A stretch of DNA of 64,000 nt from Bryobacterales bacterium (lineage in GTDB: Bacteria > Acidobacteriota > Terriglobia > Bryobacterales > UBA6623): the NCBI GenBank assembly GCA_965237575.1, contig CBDEGI010000004.1, forward strand, positions 3,669,963 to 3,733,962, given 5' to 3'. Shown here piece by piece: positions 16,063 through 27,001 of this stretch (its first letter is position 1; each line of letters begins with the position of its first letter). The notes beneath the pieces were generated by a model, which saw only the letters and a program-made list of their open reading frames with translations, searched no databases and was not told the DNA's origin. Made by a program: the position numbers and the translations under genes.

Positions 16063-18537
16063 TCAGTCTGATTTGGCAGGCCGGCGCAAGAGACCGAGTA
16101 CCTTGTCGATGAGCTGTGCGGTCACCTTTTCGCCGAACATCCCTGTGAAGAGCGCCAGGAAGACGAAGAGCACGATCGTCAGCAAAGACGACCAGAAGAT
16201 GTGGACCTCGAGCCCTTTGACGAGGACAAAGATCGTCAGTAGGCAGAACCCACCGACCACCAGAAACGTCTTCAGGTCGAGTTTCGGCCTTGCAGACTCT
16301 GACGACTCTATGGACGGCTTCGGCACTCCCGCCTTCTCGCGTTGTACCAAGCCGCCTTCTCTTCTTCTCTCCCGCTCAGCGTCGCGTTTCGATTTGTCTT
16401 CAATCCCATTCAGCAGATCTTGCACGCTGTACGCTTCGTCGGCGCCTTCGGGCACATAGGTGTCCGTCCCAAGCTCTTCGAGCTTGAGCAGATGCGCATA
16501 CCCCACCGTCACGCCGGGCGCATCCGGCAGCGGCACACGCTCCTCGGCACCGATCTTCGGGATGGTGGCGTGAATCCCGCCGAACGCCTCACGCACCACC
16601 GCCAGCGCGCCGCGCCGCCGCGCCGCTACCGCACCCTGAACCGAGACGTATGCCTGCCCATCTGTGCTGTTGCCCCGTACCAAGACTCTGCAACCCTCAA
16701 TGCTCAGCACGACGCCGCTACGCCAGTAGGTTTGCTTTTCCGTGAAGTGACCCTGCATCCTTACGATGAAGCGGGGAATCAAGCCGTCGGGAAGCACCTT
16801 GTAGTGGTACTGAAAGTTGAGCGCATTGGCCGTACCCCAATTCAGGTCGGGCTCGTTCGGCCGCAGCAGCTCGGGGATCAGAAGTCGGCGACCACTCGAA
16901 TCGGGAAAAGCGAAGCACAGCTCGAAGCGCTTCATCATGTCGACGATGAACTCCTGCCGCTCGGCCGGATAGCGGGTGTGGTCAGTGAGAACTTCTCCAA
17001 GCTCTGACATCTCGAGCACCGCGTCGCTCTGCACCAACCGGGCGCTATTGAGAATCTGGTAGACCCCATCGGTCACCCATTCGGGGTCGAGGACTTTCGT
17101 ATCGCGAACCCGCAACGGATTTTCGGGATCATCGAAGTTGAGGACGTTTCCCAAGTCGTGCAGGAAGCGGATCAGTTGGTTCTGGCTTGCTTCATCGTCG
17201 ACGCCGTGACGGCTGCATAGCTCCCGGTATTCCCCGATGTCGAGATAGTCCCGCTTCTGCGCTTCGGCCTCCAGCTTTTCTTTCACGCTGAAGTAGCTCG
17301 CCGGGACCTCGTCATACACGTGCGGTAAGTCCCGCACATGCTCTTCGATGGCGGTGTGCAGTTTGTCTAGGCCGGTTTCTTCGAGGCAAGAGACCTGGAA
17401 GAAGCCTTTCACGTTGGGTCCGTAGTCTTTTTGCAGCCGCGTCTCGTTCAACTGGAGCTGGTTGGGCGGCTCCCACTTGTTGGTGACGATGAGCACCGGG
17501 GAGTCGCCGCCGTAGCTCTGGATGATGCGCAACCAATAGTGAATGTTGCCTTCGTTCTCGCCTTTGCGGGCGTCGAGCACGAGCAGGTAGACGCTGCGCT
17601 TGGTCAGGAAGAACTGGTGGGTGGCATGCATGATCTCCTGCCCCCCGAAGTCCCAGATGTTGAGCCGGATGTCGCCTGCTTGCCCGTTGCCCTTGCCCGC
17701 GATCCCCCAGCGCTCGATGTTGATGCCCTCGGTCTTGGACTCGTCCGGGTCGTAAGTGCCGTGTACCAGCCGCTTGACGAGGGACGTCTTCCCCACGCCC
17801 CCTTGCCCCACCAGCAGGATCTTCGCTTCGTTGAGCGCGCGCTTCTCCTCGTGCTGCGTACGGAAGTAGTACTGTAGAATGTCAGCGGGGTTGGCGGGCT
17901 GTGCACCACCTGAAACCTCAGACTTCGTCGGGCCGAGGATCTCCGGGGATATGCCGAGGGCGTCGTTGCCTTGGAGATACAGTTGTTTGAGCTTAGGGAG
18001 CTGTGAGAGCGCCACGGGCAGGGCAGTGAGTTGGTTGCCAGAGAGGTTCAGCTCTCGCAGTTGGCCGAGCTGGCCGAACACCTCCGATAGGGAGGTGAAC
18101 TCATTCTCGAAGAGATACAGCGTCCGCAGTTGCGCGAGTTGACAAATCGAATCGGGCAGGGCTCTGAGTCGGTTTTTTCCAAGGCCCAGTTCCCGCAGCT
18201 GAGTGAGTTGGCCGATCGACTCCTGCAGAGTAGTAAAGTAGTTGCCGTAGAGTTGCAGGTGCCGTAGGTTAGTGAGTTGGCTGATCGACCCGGTCAGGTT
18301 ACTGAGTCGGTTGCTGTGGAGTAGCAGCTTCCGCAGGTTAGTGAGTCGGCCGATCGACTCGGGCAGGGCGGTGAGTTGGTTGCTGATTAGGTCCAGTTCC
18401 TGCAGTTGGGTGAGTTGGCCGATCGACTCGGGCAGCCGGGTCAGCCTGAGTTGGCTCAAGCTAAGCTTGACCGCCTCCGTCCTTGCGGCCTCCTCAATGC
18501 GCTCCTCGGCAATTCGTTCCAGGCTTTCTTCGGCCAT
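16063..18537 (-). CDS. ROCO protein: LRR - Roc GTPase - COR - C-terminal 2 TM helices
   Basis: About eight 23-aa LRRs (LTQLQELDLISNQLTALPESIGR), visible as DNA repeats at 17950-18450. P-loop LLVGQGGVGKTSLVKRL, switch II NIWDFGGQE, VTNKWE, and a long COR-like region. The C-terminus is FLVVGGFCLLTIFVLV...LLTIVLFVFLALFTGMF. Confidence 0.8.
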   Translation of the reverse strand: MAEESLERIAEERIEEAARTEAVKLSLSQLRLTRLPESIGQLTQLQELDLISNQLTALPESIGRLTNLRKLLLHSNRLSNLTGSISQLTNLRHLQLYGNYFTTLQESIGQLTQLRELGLGKNRLRALPDSICQLAQLRTLYLFENEFTSLSEVFGQLGQLRELNLSGNQLTALPVALSQLPKLKQLYLQGNDALGISPEILGPTKSEVSGGAQPANPADILQYYFRTQHEEKRALNEAKILLVGQGGVGKTSLVKRLVHGTYDPDESKTEGINIERWGIAGKGNGQAGDIRLNIWDFGGQEIMHATHQFFLTKRSVYLLVLDARKGENEGNIHYWLRIIQSYGGDSPVLIVTNKWEPPNQLQLNETRLQKDYGPNVKGFFQVSCLEETGLDKLHTAIEEHVRDLPHVYDEVPASYFSVKEKLEAEAQKRDYLDIGEYRELCSRHGVDDEASQNQLIRFLHDLGNVLNFDDPENPLRVRDTKVLDPEWVTDGVYQILNSARLVQSDAVLEMSELGEVLTDHTRYPAERQEFIVDMMKRFELCFAFPDSSGRRLLIPELLRPNEPDLNWGTANALNFQYHYKVLPDGLIPRFIVRMQGHFTEKQTYWRSGVVLSIEGCRVLVRGNSTDGQAYVSVQGAVAARRRGALAVVREAFGGIHATIPKIGAEERVPLPDAPGVTVGYAHLLKLEELGTDTYVPEGADEAYSVQDLLNGIEDKSKRDAERERRREGGLVQREKAGVPKPSIESSESARPKLDLKTFLVVGGFCLLTIFVLVKGLEVHIFWSSLLTIVLFVFLALFTGMFGEKVTAQLIDKVLGLLRRPAKSD

Positions 18538-18790
18538 AGGATCGCCCTATTCCCGCCCTTGAGAGACATTGCAACGCTATCACGGTCTTTGCGGCAAAAC
18601 AAGAGGCAAAGGCTCAGGGGCCGCTCTGGTGCGGCCCTCCTGACCGGCAGGGCCGGCGGCCGCGCCCGCCAGAAGGACGACAGACCGCGAGTCACCTCAG
18701 CCAGATTCCGTGCCCCGGCCGCGAGGGGGGCAGCGCCAACGATTCATCCCCGTTCGGAGGCCGTTTGCTACGCTCGCCGTGTCCGCCGCA

Positions 18791-19201
18791 CTATCCGGTG
18801 AGCTCACTGATTTCAAACAGGTGACCGTCGGGATCGCGAAAGAATGCTCGGATCTCCCCGTGAGGCCATCGGATAGGCTCGGTCAAGAACTCCGCGCCCC
18901 GTGCGGCCAGCTCTTCGTACGCGGCTTGGCAATCGGGCACCCTTACGATGAGCTGGGCGCTCACCTGCTCCCGATCCTGCGGCGGGCCAAACGTTACTGT
19001 CGGCTTGTCGTTGGTTGGCCCGCCGCCCGTCACCAACAACAGCCAGCTCCCCAAGAACTTGAGCACGACCGACGACCCGCCGTACTCGCGCACCAGCTCC
19101 GCACCGAGCACGTCCCGGTACCATGTTCGCGACCGGTCAATGTCACTCACGACCAAGAGACGGGTCAACTCCATATCATCGGTCGGGAATGTCGTGCCCA
19201 T
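18791..19201 (-). CDS. VOC/glyoxalase-bleomycin resistance family protein
   Basis: Last 136 codons of ORF 18791..19960, starting at the ATG at 19201: MGTTFPTDDMELTRLLVVSDIDRSRTWYRDVLGAE...FFRDPDGHLFEISE. Confidence 0.75.
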   Translation of the reverse strand: MGTTFPTDDMELTRLLVVSDIDRSRTWYRDVLGAELVREYGGSSVVLKFLGSWLLLVTGGGPTNDKPTVTFGPPQDREQVSAQLIVRVPDCQAAYEELAARGAEFLTEPIRWPHGEIRAFFRDPDGHLFEISELTG

Positions 19202-19378
19202 GTCGTATCCCTCGCTTTCTCGGCGCTTGGCTTTCGCCGTTGGTGTGGCGCACTCGCGCGGCCATGGTAGCACCGGTTGCGAAACACGAGGGCTCCACCC
19301 GACTATGTATGTGCGTTGCCAACGCAACCTGATCTTCAAGGCATCATCTCGCAGGCCTCGGGCTTGTCTCCCTACGCC

Positions 19379-20005
19379 ATGCCGCCGCACTCGCTCGAAC
19401 AGTTGGCGAGGCTGCTGGCGGATCTGCAGCCAGCGGCGACGGTTGAGACCGGCTGTGGCGCCAGCACGCTGATTTTTTCGAGGCTCAGTCGCGCGCACAC
19501 CGTGTTCGCATTTGATGAGTTCGGCGTGTTCGACAGGGTCAAGGCGGCCGGTCTGGCCGGTCCCGCGGAGCTGGAGTTCGTGCCGGGGCCTACGCAGCGG
19601 ACGTTGCCCCAGCATCGTTTCGACACACCACTCGACGCCGTCCTGCTCGATGGCCCGCACGCCTATCCGTTCCCCGACCTCGAGTACTTCTATTTCTACC
19701 CTCACATCCGCACGGGCGGGGCGCTGGTGATCGACGACCTCCAGATCCCGAGCGTGCATCATCTGTTCGAGTTCGTCCGCCGCGACGAGATGTTTGAGCT
19801 GGAGACGGTCGTCGAACGGACGGCGTTCTTGCGGCGCACGGATGCGCCCACGTTTCCCCCGGACTCCGACGGCTGGGAACACCAGGCCTACAACGCGCGC
19901 GAGCTGTTGCGATTCACCTGGCGAGAGCAACTCAAACGCAGGCTGCCGCCCTGGGTTCAATCGACCGTGCGACGCCTCCGCGCTTTTAGCCCGCGGAGCC
20001 CGTAG
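19379..20005 (+). CDS. Class I SAM-dependent methyltransferase-like protein
   Basis: ORF 19277..20005 begins at a TTG. The first ATG is at 19379. Contains VETGCGASTLIFS and AVLLDGPHAYPFPDLEYFYFYPHIRTGGALVIDD. Confidence 0.6.
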   Translation: MPPHSLEQLARLLADLQPAATVETGCGASTLIFSRLSRAHTVFAFDEFGVFDRVKAAGLAGPAELEFVPGPTQRTLPQHRFDTPLDAVLLDGPHAYPFPDLEYFYFYPHIRTGGALVIDDLQIPSVHHLFEFVRRDEMFELETVVERTAFLRRTDAPTFPPDSDGWEHQAYNARELLRFTWREQLKRRLPPWVQSTVRRLRAFSPRSP

Positions 20006-20039
20006 CCCACAACACCCTCACCGAGCAAGCACAGCGCGA

Positions 20040-20100
20040 GGTAGCTCCGCGGGGGTAGCGCGGGCCTTCGCCCGCACGCCCGCGGATTTACATCCGCGGC
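20040..20100 (-). repeat. GNRA-hairpin intergenic repeat (CCGCGGAT-GTAA-ATCCGCGG on the minus strand) plus a second hairpin
   Basis: The hairpin is at 20080-20099. Its reverse complement aligns with 33001-33055 over about 50 nt. Confidence 0.55.
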
Positions 20101-20208
20101 TCTGTGGTGTTGGTTGGCACGGTTGCGTGGTACGCACGGCGGATCAACCCGACCGCTATAATCGGGGACGTTCGGGTGTCTAAGGACACTCGACCTAAGG
20201 AGCCTGCC

Positions 20209-21099
20209 ATGCATCGACGAGATCTGTTGAAGACTCTGCCCGCCGCCGCCTTAGCCGCGGCCACGCCGCTCTCGGCGGCCACCCCGCGGACCGGCAACGG
20301 CTCGGGCGCGCGCATTCGTTCGGCGCTCTGCGCTTACTCCTACCGTGACGCCCTCGAAAAAGGCGAGATGACCTACGAAGACCTCGTCGACATCGCGGTC
20401 GAGAACAACATCGACGGACTCGACCTCACCGTCTACTGGCTTCCCAAGACCGGGCTCGACAAAGCCTTGATGTCGTTGCGCCGCAAAGCCTACCTGGCCG
20501 CCGTCGAGATCCCGGCGATCGCGATCCGCTCGAACCTGTGCAAGCCCGACGTGCGCGACCGCGAGATCGAAGTCGCCTGGCTGAGCTATTGGGTCGACAT
20601 TGCGCATAAGCTCGGCGCGGGCCACATCCGCGTCTTCGGCGGCCGCGTACCCGAAGGGCACACCGAAGAGCAAGCGGCCGAGTGGGTGGTCGAGATCCTC
20701 AAGCGCGCCGCCGAGTATGCCGGCAAGAAAGGCGTCATCCTCGGCCTTGAGAACCACGGCGGCATCACGCTCTACGCGAAGCGCGTCGTTCAAATGGTCA
20801 AGGCGGTCGACAATCCCTGGGTCGGCATCAACCTCGACACCGGCAACTTCCACACCGACCCCTACAACCAGATCGAGATGTGCGTACCGTACGCCGTCAA
20901 CTCGCAGGCCAAAACCGAGATCCGCTTCGAGGATGGTCACTTCGAGCCCTGCGACTGGGACCGCGTCGTGAAGATGTTCGGCGACGCCGGCTATCGCGGC
21001 TACATTTCGCTCGAGTACTCCGCCAAGGAGCCCGCAAAGACAGCCGTGCCCAAGCACCTGAAGCGGTTGCACGCGCTGACGCGCAAGTACTCGGCGTAG
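20209..21099 (+). CDS. Sugar phosphate isomerase/epimerase (xylose isomerase-like TIM barrel), Tat signal
   Basis: ATG at 20209 preceded by AAGGAG. MHRRDLLKTLPAAALAAATPLSAA, then IDGLDLTVYW...GAGHIRVFGG...LGLENHGG. Confidence 0.8.
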   Translation: MHRRDLLKTLPAAALAAATPLSAATPRTGNGSGARIRSALCAYSYRDALEKGEMTYEDLVDIAVENNIDGLDLTVYWLPKTGLDKALMSLRRKAYLAAVEIPAIAIRSNLCKPDVRDREIEVAWLSYWVDIAHKLGAGHIRVFGGRVPEGHTEEQAAEWVVEILKRAAEYAGKKGVILGLENHGGITLYAKRVVQMVKAVDNPWVGINLDTGNFHTDPYNQIEMCVPYAVNSQAKTEIRFEDGHFEPCDWDRVVKMFGDAGYRGYISLEYSAKEPAKTAVPKHLKRLHALTRKYSA

Positions 21100-21393
21100 G
21101 CAACAACAACTCGGGCTTATTGCATCGAGGATGCCAGAGGCCTCTGCGAGGCGCCGGGGTTCGTGCCGGACCGCTCCCTGACCCGGGCGAGCCGGAACCA
21201 ACTAGGGTGGCGGACCGCAAGGCGGCGCGGCGTCGAGGGAGCGCGCGGGTTCACACCCGCGCCTCTGTCCATGCGTGTGAGGTTTTCGGCCGCGCTTGGT
21301 AAGGATTTCACTCCGTAGGTACTTACGGTCACGGCTCGGTTTCTTTGCACGTCGCCTCGCCTACGAAGGCCGATCTTCCGTGCGGTACGATAG

Positions 21394-22698
<1,305 letters not shown>

Positions 22699-22841
22699 CC
22701 GCAGGCGCTCGAGTCCACCGGAGCGCGCGTACAGGGAAAGGCAGATTTCTAATGGCAGCTTCCTCGCTGGTTTGCAGCCTGGCCGGCGGAGGCGTCAGCG
22801 CCGGTTCGCCGGTCGCGAAGAGCGCCTTCGCGACGACGGCC

Positions 22842-23312
22842 ATGGAGCGGTTGCGCATTCTCGACCGCTACCGCTCGATCGCGATGGTCGGCCTCTCGGC
22901 GAACCCCTACCGGCCCAGCCACTTCGCCGCGATGTATATGCAAGCGGAGGGTTACAACATCATCCCGGTCAACCCACGGGCGGATGAGATTCTGGGGCGC
23001 CCCTGCTACGGCTCGCTCAAAGACATCCCTGAGTCCGTGGAGATCGTCGACATCTTTCGCCCTGCCCAAGCGGTACCACCGATCGTCGAGGAGGCCATCG
23101 AGATCGGCGCCAAGGTCGTTTGGATGCAGTTGGGGGTCATCAACTACGAGGCCGCCGAGCGCGCCAGGGACGCCGGGCTGGAGGTGGTCATGGACCAATG
23201 TGTCAAGATCGAGCACGCGCGCTTCTTCGGGGGCTTGCACACGCTGGGCCTCAACACCGGGGTTCTCTCGTCACGTTGGTGGAATCCGAAGGCGGGCTCG
23301 AAACAGCGTTAA
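22842..23312 (+). CDS. CoA-binding domain protein (YccU/YneT-like)
   Basis: Tail of ORF 21984..23312: MERLRILDRYRSIAMVGLSANPYRPSHFAAMYMQAEGYNIIPVNPRADEILG...VDIFRPAQAV. An alternative ATG is at 22752. Confidence 0.8.
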   Translation: MERLRILDRYRSIAMVGLSANPYRPSHFAAMYMQAEGYNIIPVNPRADEILGRPCYGSLKDIPESVEIVDIFRPAQAVPPIVEEAIEIGAKVVWMQLGVINYEAAERARDAGLEVVMDQCVKIEHARFFGGLHTLGLNTGVLSSRWWNPKAGSKQR

Positions 23313-23325
23313 CCCCCCTAATCCA

Positions 23326-24312
23326 ATGCTGCCTGCATGGCTGGATCTCTCTTCGAGGAAGACCGCGCTCGCCGTCTGCGTTCTCGGGATCGTGATGGCT
23401 GCGAGAATCGCGGCCACCTACCCCGTCTTCAACGCCACGGTCGACGAGAACCTACACATTGCCTCGGGGATCGAGGTCTACCAGTTTCAGCGAATGACAC
23501 TGGTGACCGAGCACCCTCCACTCCCGCGGTACGCTCTCGGGCTCCCTGCTTATCTCGGCGGCGTGCGCATTTTGCCGCAGGGTAACGACATCGAACAGGG
23601 CCGTTACGCGCTCAAGCAATCAGGCGGCTATTGGCGAACCCTAACCCTGGGACGGCTCGGCAATCTCGCCTTCATTCCGGTTCTGCTCTTCTATGTTTAT
23701 CGCTGGGGCGCCTGGCTATGGGGCCGGCCGGCCGGCGTTGTTGCTGCCGTGCTCGTGACCAACTCCCCGAACCTGGTGGCCCACTACGGCTTGGCGACGA
23801 TGGACGGCGCCGTAATCGCGACCCTCGTGGGTGTGGGGTACCACCTCCACAGGTGGGTGAGCGAGCCGCGGTTCTGCCATGCCGCCGCCGCCGGAGCCCT
23901 GGCCGGCCTGGCTCTGATGGCAAAATACTCCGCAGTCGCTTTCGTTCCGCTGTTCGTTGCTCTCTATGCCGCCGTAGCGATCGCGAAGGGTTGGCGGCCC
24001 TGGGGCCGGTGGTCACGCCGCACCTTGGGACAGCTTGCTCTACAGCTTTCGGTTGCCGGGCTCTGTGCGTTCGCAGTCTTGTGGGTCTTCTTTGCGGTGA
24101 ACGATCCACCGCCGCGAAGCGATTTGGAACGCGATTACGCGACACTCGAGCAGTGGATCCGGAGCGACTCGCTTCCCGGGCGCGTGGCGGCTTTCGGCGT
24201 ACGATGCTTGCGGACGGTGACGCCGGGTTTTCTCGAGGGTATTCGCAAATCCGTCAGGCACGCCTCGTCCGGTCATAACAGGCAGTACCTGCTCGGAGAA
24301 ACACGGGAGCTA
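23326..24312 (+). pseudogene. GT39 (ArnT/PMT-like) glycosyltransferase, 5' part, interrupted by an IS630-family element
   Basis: MLPAWLDLSSRKTALAVCVLGIVMAARIAATYPVFNATVDENLHIASG...GHNRQYLLGETRE, then the IS terminus. The reading frame resumes at 25473. Confidence 0.8.
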
Positions 24313-25472
24313 TACAGGCGCGCATAAGTAAAGAGACATCAGGCAAGCGAACGTGGCATACTTCTCGTAGGGGGGAGTGGCCATGCGTGCGCGATTGCTG
24401 CGATTACACCCGAGCACTCATAAGCGATTGATCCGCCTCAGCAAGGAAGCGCAACGAGATGGGGCCTATCGTGTGGCGAAACGGCTGCAGGCGGTGGTGC
24501 TGAACTCGGAAGGCCGCAGCAGCGGCGAGCTGGCAGGGATTCTCAAAGCGCCCCGCTCGAAAGTGTCCGAATGGTTGGCGCGCTATGAAGCGCACGGCAT
24601 CGAAGGTCTGCTGGAAGGGTACCGCTCAGGAAGGCCGCCACAGTTGACAGCGGCTCAACGGGAGCAACTCGGGGATATTCTCGATAGTGGTGCCGTGACG
24701 TACGGCTTGGACAGCGGCCTGTGGACCTCGCCCATGATCGCCTGGGTGATCGAGGAAGAATTCGGCGTCCGCTATCATCCTGGCCACGTGCGAAAACTAC
24801 TGCACGGGTTGGGCTTTTCGGTGCAGCGACCGCGCCGCGTGCTGGCCCGCGCCGACGCCGGCGCGCAGGACCGCTGGCACCGGCGCACCTATCCCAACCT
24901 TAAAAAAAGCCCACGCGCAAAACCGGGCGCTGATCTTTACCGACGAAGCCAGCTTCCGACAGGACTCAACTTTGCATGCCACGTGGAGCCGCGTCGGCCA
25001 GCCACCCGAAATCCCAGTCACCGGACAGCGCAAGAGCGTCAAGATCCTGGGCGCCATCGAACTGTGGCGCACACGTTTTCATTACCGCCAGGACACGGTC
25101 TTCAACGCCATGACTTACTTGGCATTCCTGGAACAGTTAGCGCGGCGCTATCGCCGGCAAGGGGCGATTCTGATCCAGGACAACGCTTCCTACCATAAGG
25201 ATGCAGAGGTATGGGCCTGGTTCCGGTCCAACCGTCACTGGCTGGAAGTCCACCAACTGCCGCCCTACTCGCCCGAGTTGAATCCCACCGAGCGGCTGTG
25301 GCAGCACACGCGCCGGACGGGAACCCACAACCGCTACTTTGCCAGCGAAGCCGACCTGCTTGCCACGCTGACAAGAGTCTTCGGCGAGATGCAGTCACAC
25401 CCTGTCCTCATCCGCTCCTACTTGCTCTCTTTCTGCTAACTCTCTATGTCCCTGTATTTATGCGCGTCTGTA
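24313..25472 (+). mobile_element. IS630-family insertion sequence (1160 bp) with TA target duplication
   Basis: Imperfect terminal inverted repeats of about 30 nt: TACAGGCGCGCATAAGTAAAGAGACAT versus the reverse complement TACAGACGCGCATAAATACAGGGACAT. Flanking TA at 24311-12 and 25473-74. Removing the element restores ...TRELEGWWYYFPV. Confidence 0.85.
24377..25439 (+). CDS. IS630-family DDE transposase, encoded in two frames joined at an A7 tract
   Basis: ORF 24377..25198 carries the HTH part (SGELAGILKAPRSKVSEWLARYEAHGIEGL). ORF 24972..25439 carries the DDE part (LIQDNASYHKD...LPPYSPELNPTERLW). The frame change maps to AAAAAAA at 24902-24908. Confidence 0.8.
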
Positions 25473-26176
25473 TAGAAGGCTGGTGGTACTATTTTCCGGT
25501 CGCTATCTTGGTCAAGACGACGCTCCCGTTCCTGCTGCTCATGCCTCTTGCCCTGGTCGCCGCCGTCCGGCGGCGCGGCGACGCTGATTGGGCCCGGGTG
25601 GCTTACCCGGCCGCCGGCGCTTTGGTGGTGTTGGGCGTGGCTATGTCGAGCGAGATCAACATCGGTGTACGGCACGTGTTGCCTGCTTGGCCGTTTGTTG
25701 TGGTCGCGGCGTGTTCGGTGTTTCGTAGCAGGCCGGACGGCTTCGCTGAATCAAGAAACCTCCTCGTGCTTGGCGCCGCGCTCGTTGCGGCGCATGTGGT
25801 GGCTTGCGCCGCGGCCCACCCCGACTACCTGGCGTACTTCAACGAGTTGGGGCGGGGACGAGAGCATCGGATCCTCGGAGACAGCAACCTCGATTGGGGG
25901 CAAGACTTGCATCGGCTGGCGAAGTATGTCGAGGACCACGGGATTGAAGAGGTCCACCTGAGCTACTTCGGGACCACCTCACCCGAAACCGTCGGGCTGC
26001 GCCAGGTCAGACCGTTTCGTCCCGGGGACCTGCCCCAGACCTGGGCCGCTGTCAGCGTCTCGCATCTCCAGGGTCTGGGTTACCCGGTTGCGGGACCCAC
26101 CTTCGACATGCTCTCGGAACACGAGCCTTACGCGAAGATTGGGAAGTCCATTTGGCTGTATGATCTAAAGCGGTGA
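25473..26176 (+). pseudogene. GT39 glycosyltransferase, 3' part
   Basis: EGWWYYFPVAILVKTTLPFLLLMP...EINIGVRHVLPAWPF...AAHPDYLAYFNELGRGREHRILGDSNLDWGQDL, in the tail of ORF 25211..26176. Confidence 0.8.
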
Positions 26177-26384
26177 GCGTTCTGCCAGCGCGAGCGCCTC
26201 CGGTTCTGCAACGATGGAGCGGTGGGGCCGGCCATCCGCCATCAAACACTGCGGGCCGCAGCACTGCTATCTGGGTGGGCCTTTCAATGGAAGATCAGGA
26301 GTGAGTGGTCCGGGCAGTGGGGAAAGCCCGGAGTCTGGGTCCAATCTTTACACCCCAGCCGTCGGAAGCCGGCAACTGCTGACA

Positions 26385-27001
26385 ATGGAATCAGCCAACG
26401 TCGGTGCTGACGAACATCCCGAGTTCTCGATGGCGGTGCTGTGCTATGGGGCGGGAGAGAATATGGTGCCGTTCGTCACGGAACTGCATCGGATCATGAC
26501 GCTGTTCCGGTTCGAGTGGGAGATTGTTCTGGTGGCGAACTATGATCCCGGGGCGGCGGACCCGACGCCGTCCGTGGCGAATCGTCTGGCGCGGGAATTG
26601 GACGGCGTGCGCTCGATCGCGTTCCCCAAAGAAGGCGCCATGGGCTGGGACATGAAGTGCGGGCTTGACGCCTGCGCGGGGCGGTACATCGGCGTCATCG
26701 ACGGTGATGGACAGTTCCCCGTCGAGACCATCTTCTCTTGCTTCGCAAAGATCAAGAATGAAGATCTGGACTTCGTCAAGACTTATCGGGCAGTGCGAGA
26801 TGACGGCTCCTGGCGACGCCTGGTATCGACTGTGTATAACCGGCTTTTCGTCATGTTGTTCCCCAAGTACCGGGGCTATCACGATGTGAACTCGAAGCCC
26901 AAGATCTTCAAGCGTGAGGCCTACGAGCGGATGACGTTGCGCTCCACCGACTGGTTCTTGGATGCCGAGATCGTACTCCAAGCCCTGGAACTCGGCCTTA
27001 G
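26385..27001 (+). pseudogene. GT2 glycosyltransferase (polyprenol-phosphate sugar transferase-like), 5' part, interrupted by an IS1380-family element
   Basis: ATG at 26385: MESANVGADEHPEFSMAVLCYGAGE...YIGVIDGDGQFP...DAEIVLQALELGL. The frame continues at 28805. Confidence 0.75.

Noticed and set aside
18791-19960. Full 389-aa ORF as a single gene
   Set aside because: Only the C-terminal 136 aa have VOC-family character. The upstream part is Arg-rich and overlaps the plus-strand methyltransferase-like gene.
20251-21201. 316-aa minus-strand ORF
   Set aside because: It lies antisense to the sugar phosphate isomerase gene. This is a shadow ORF.
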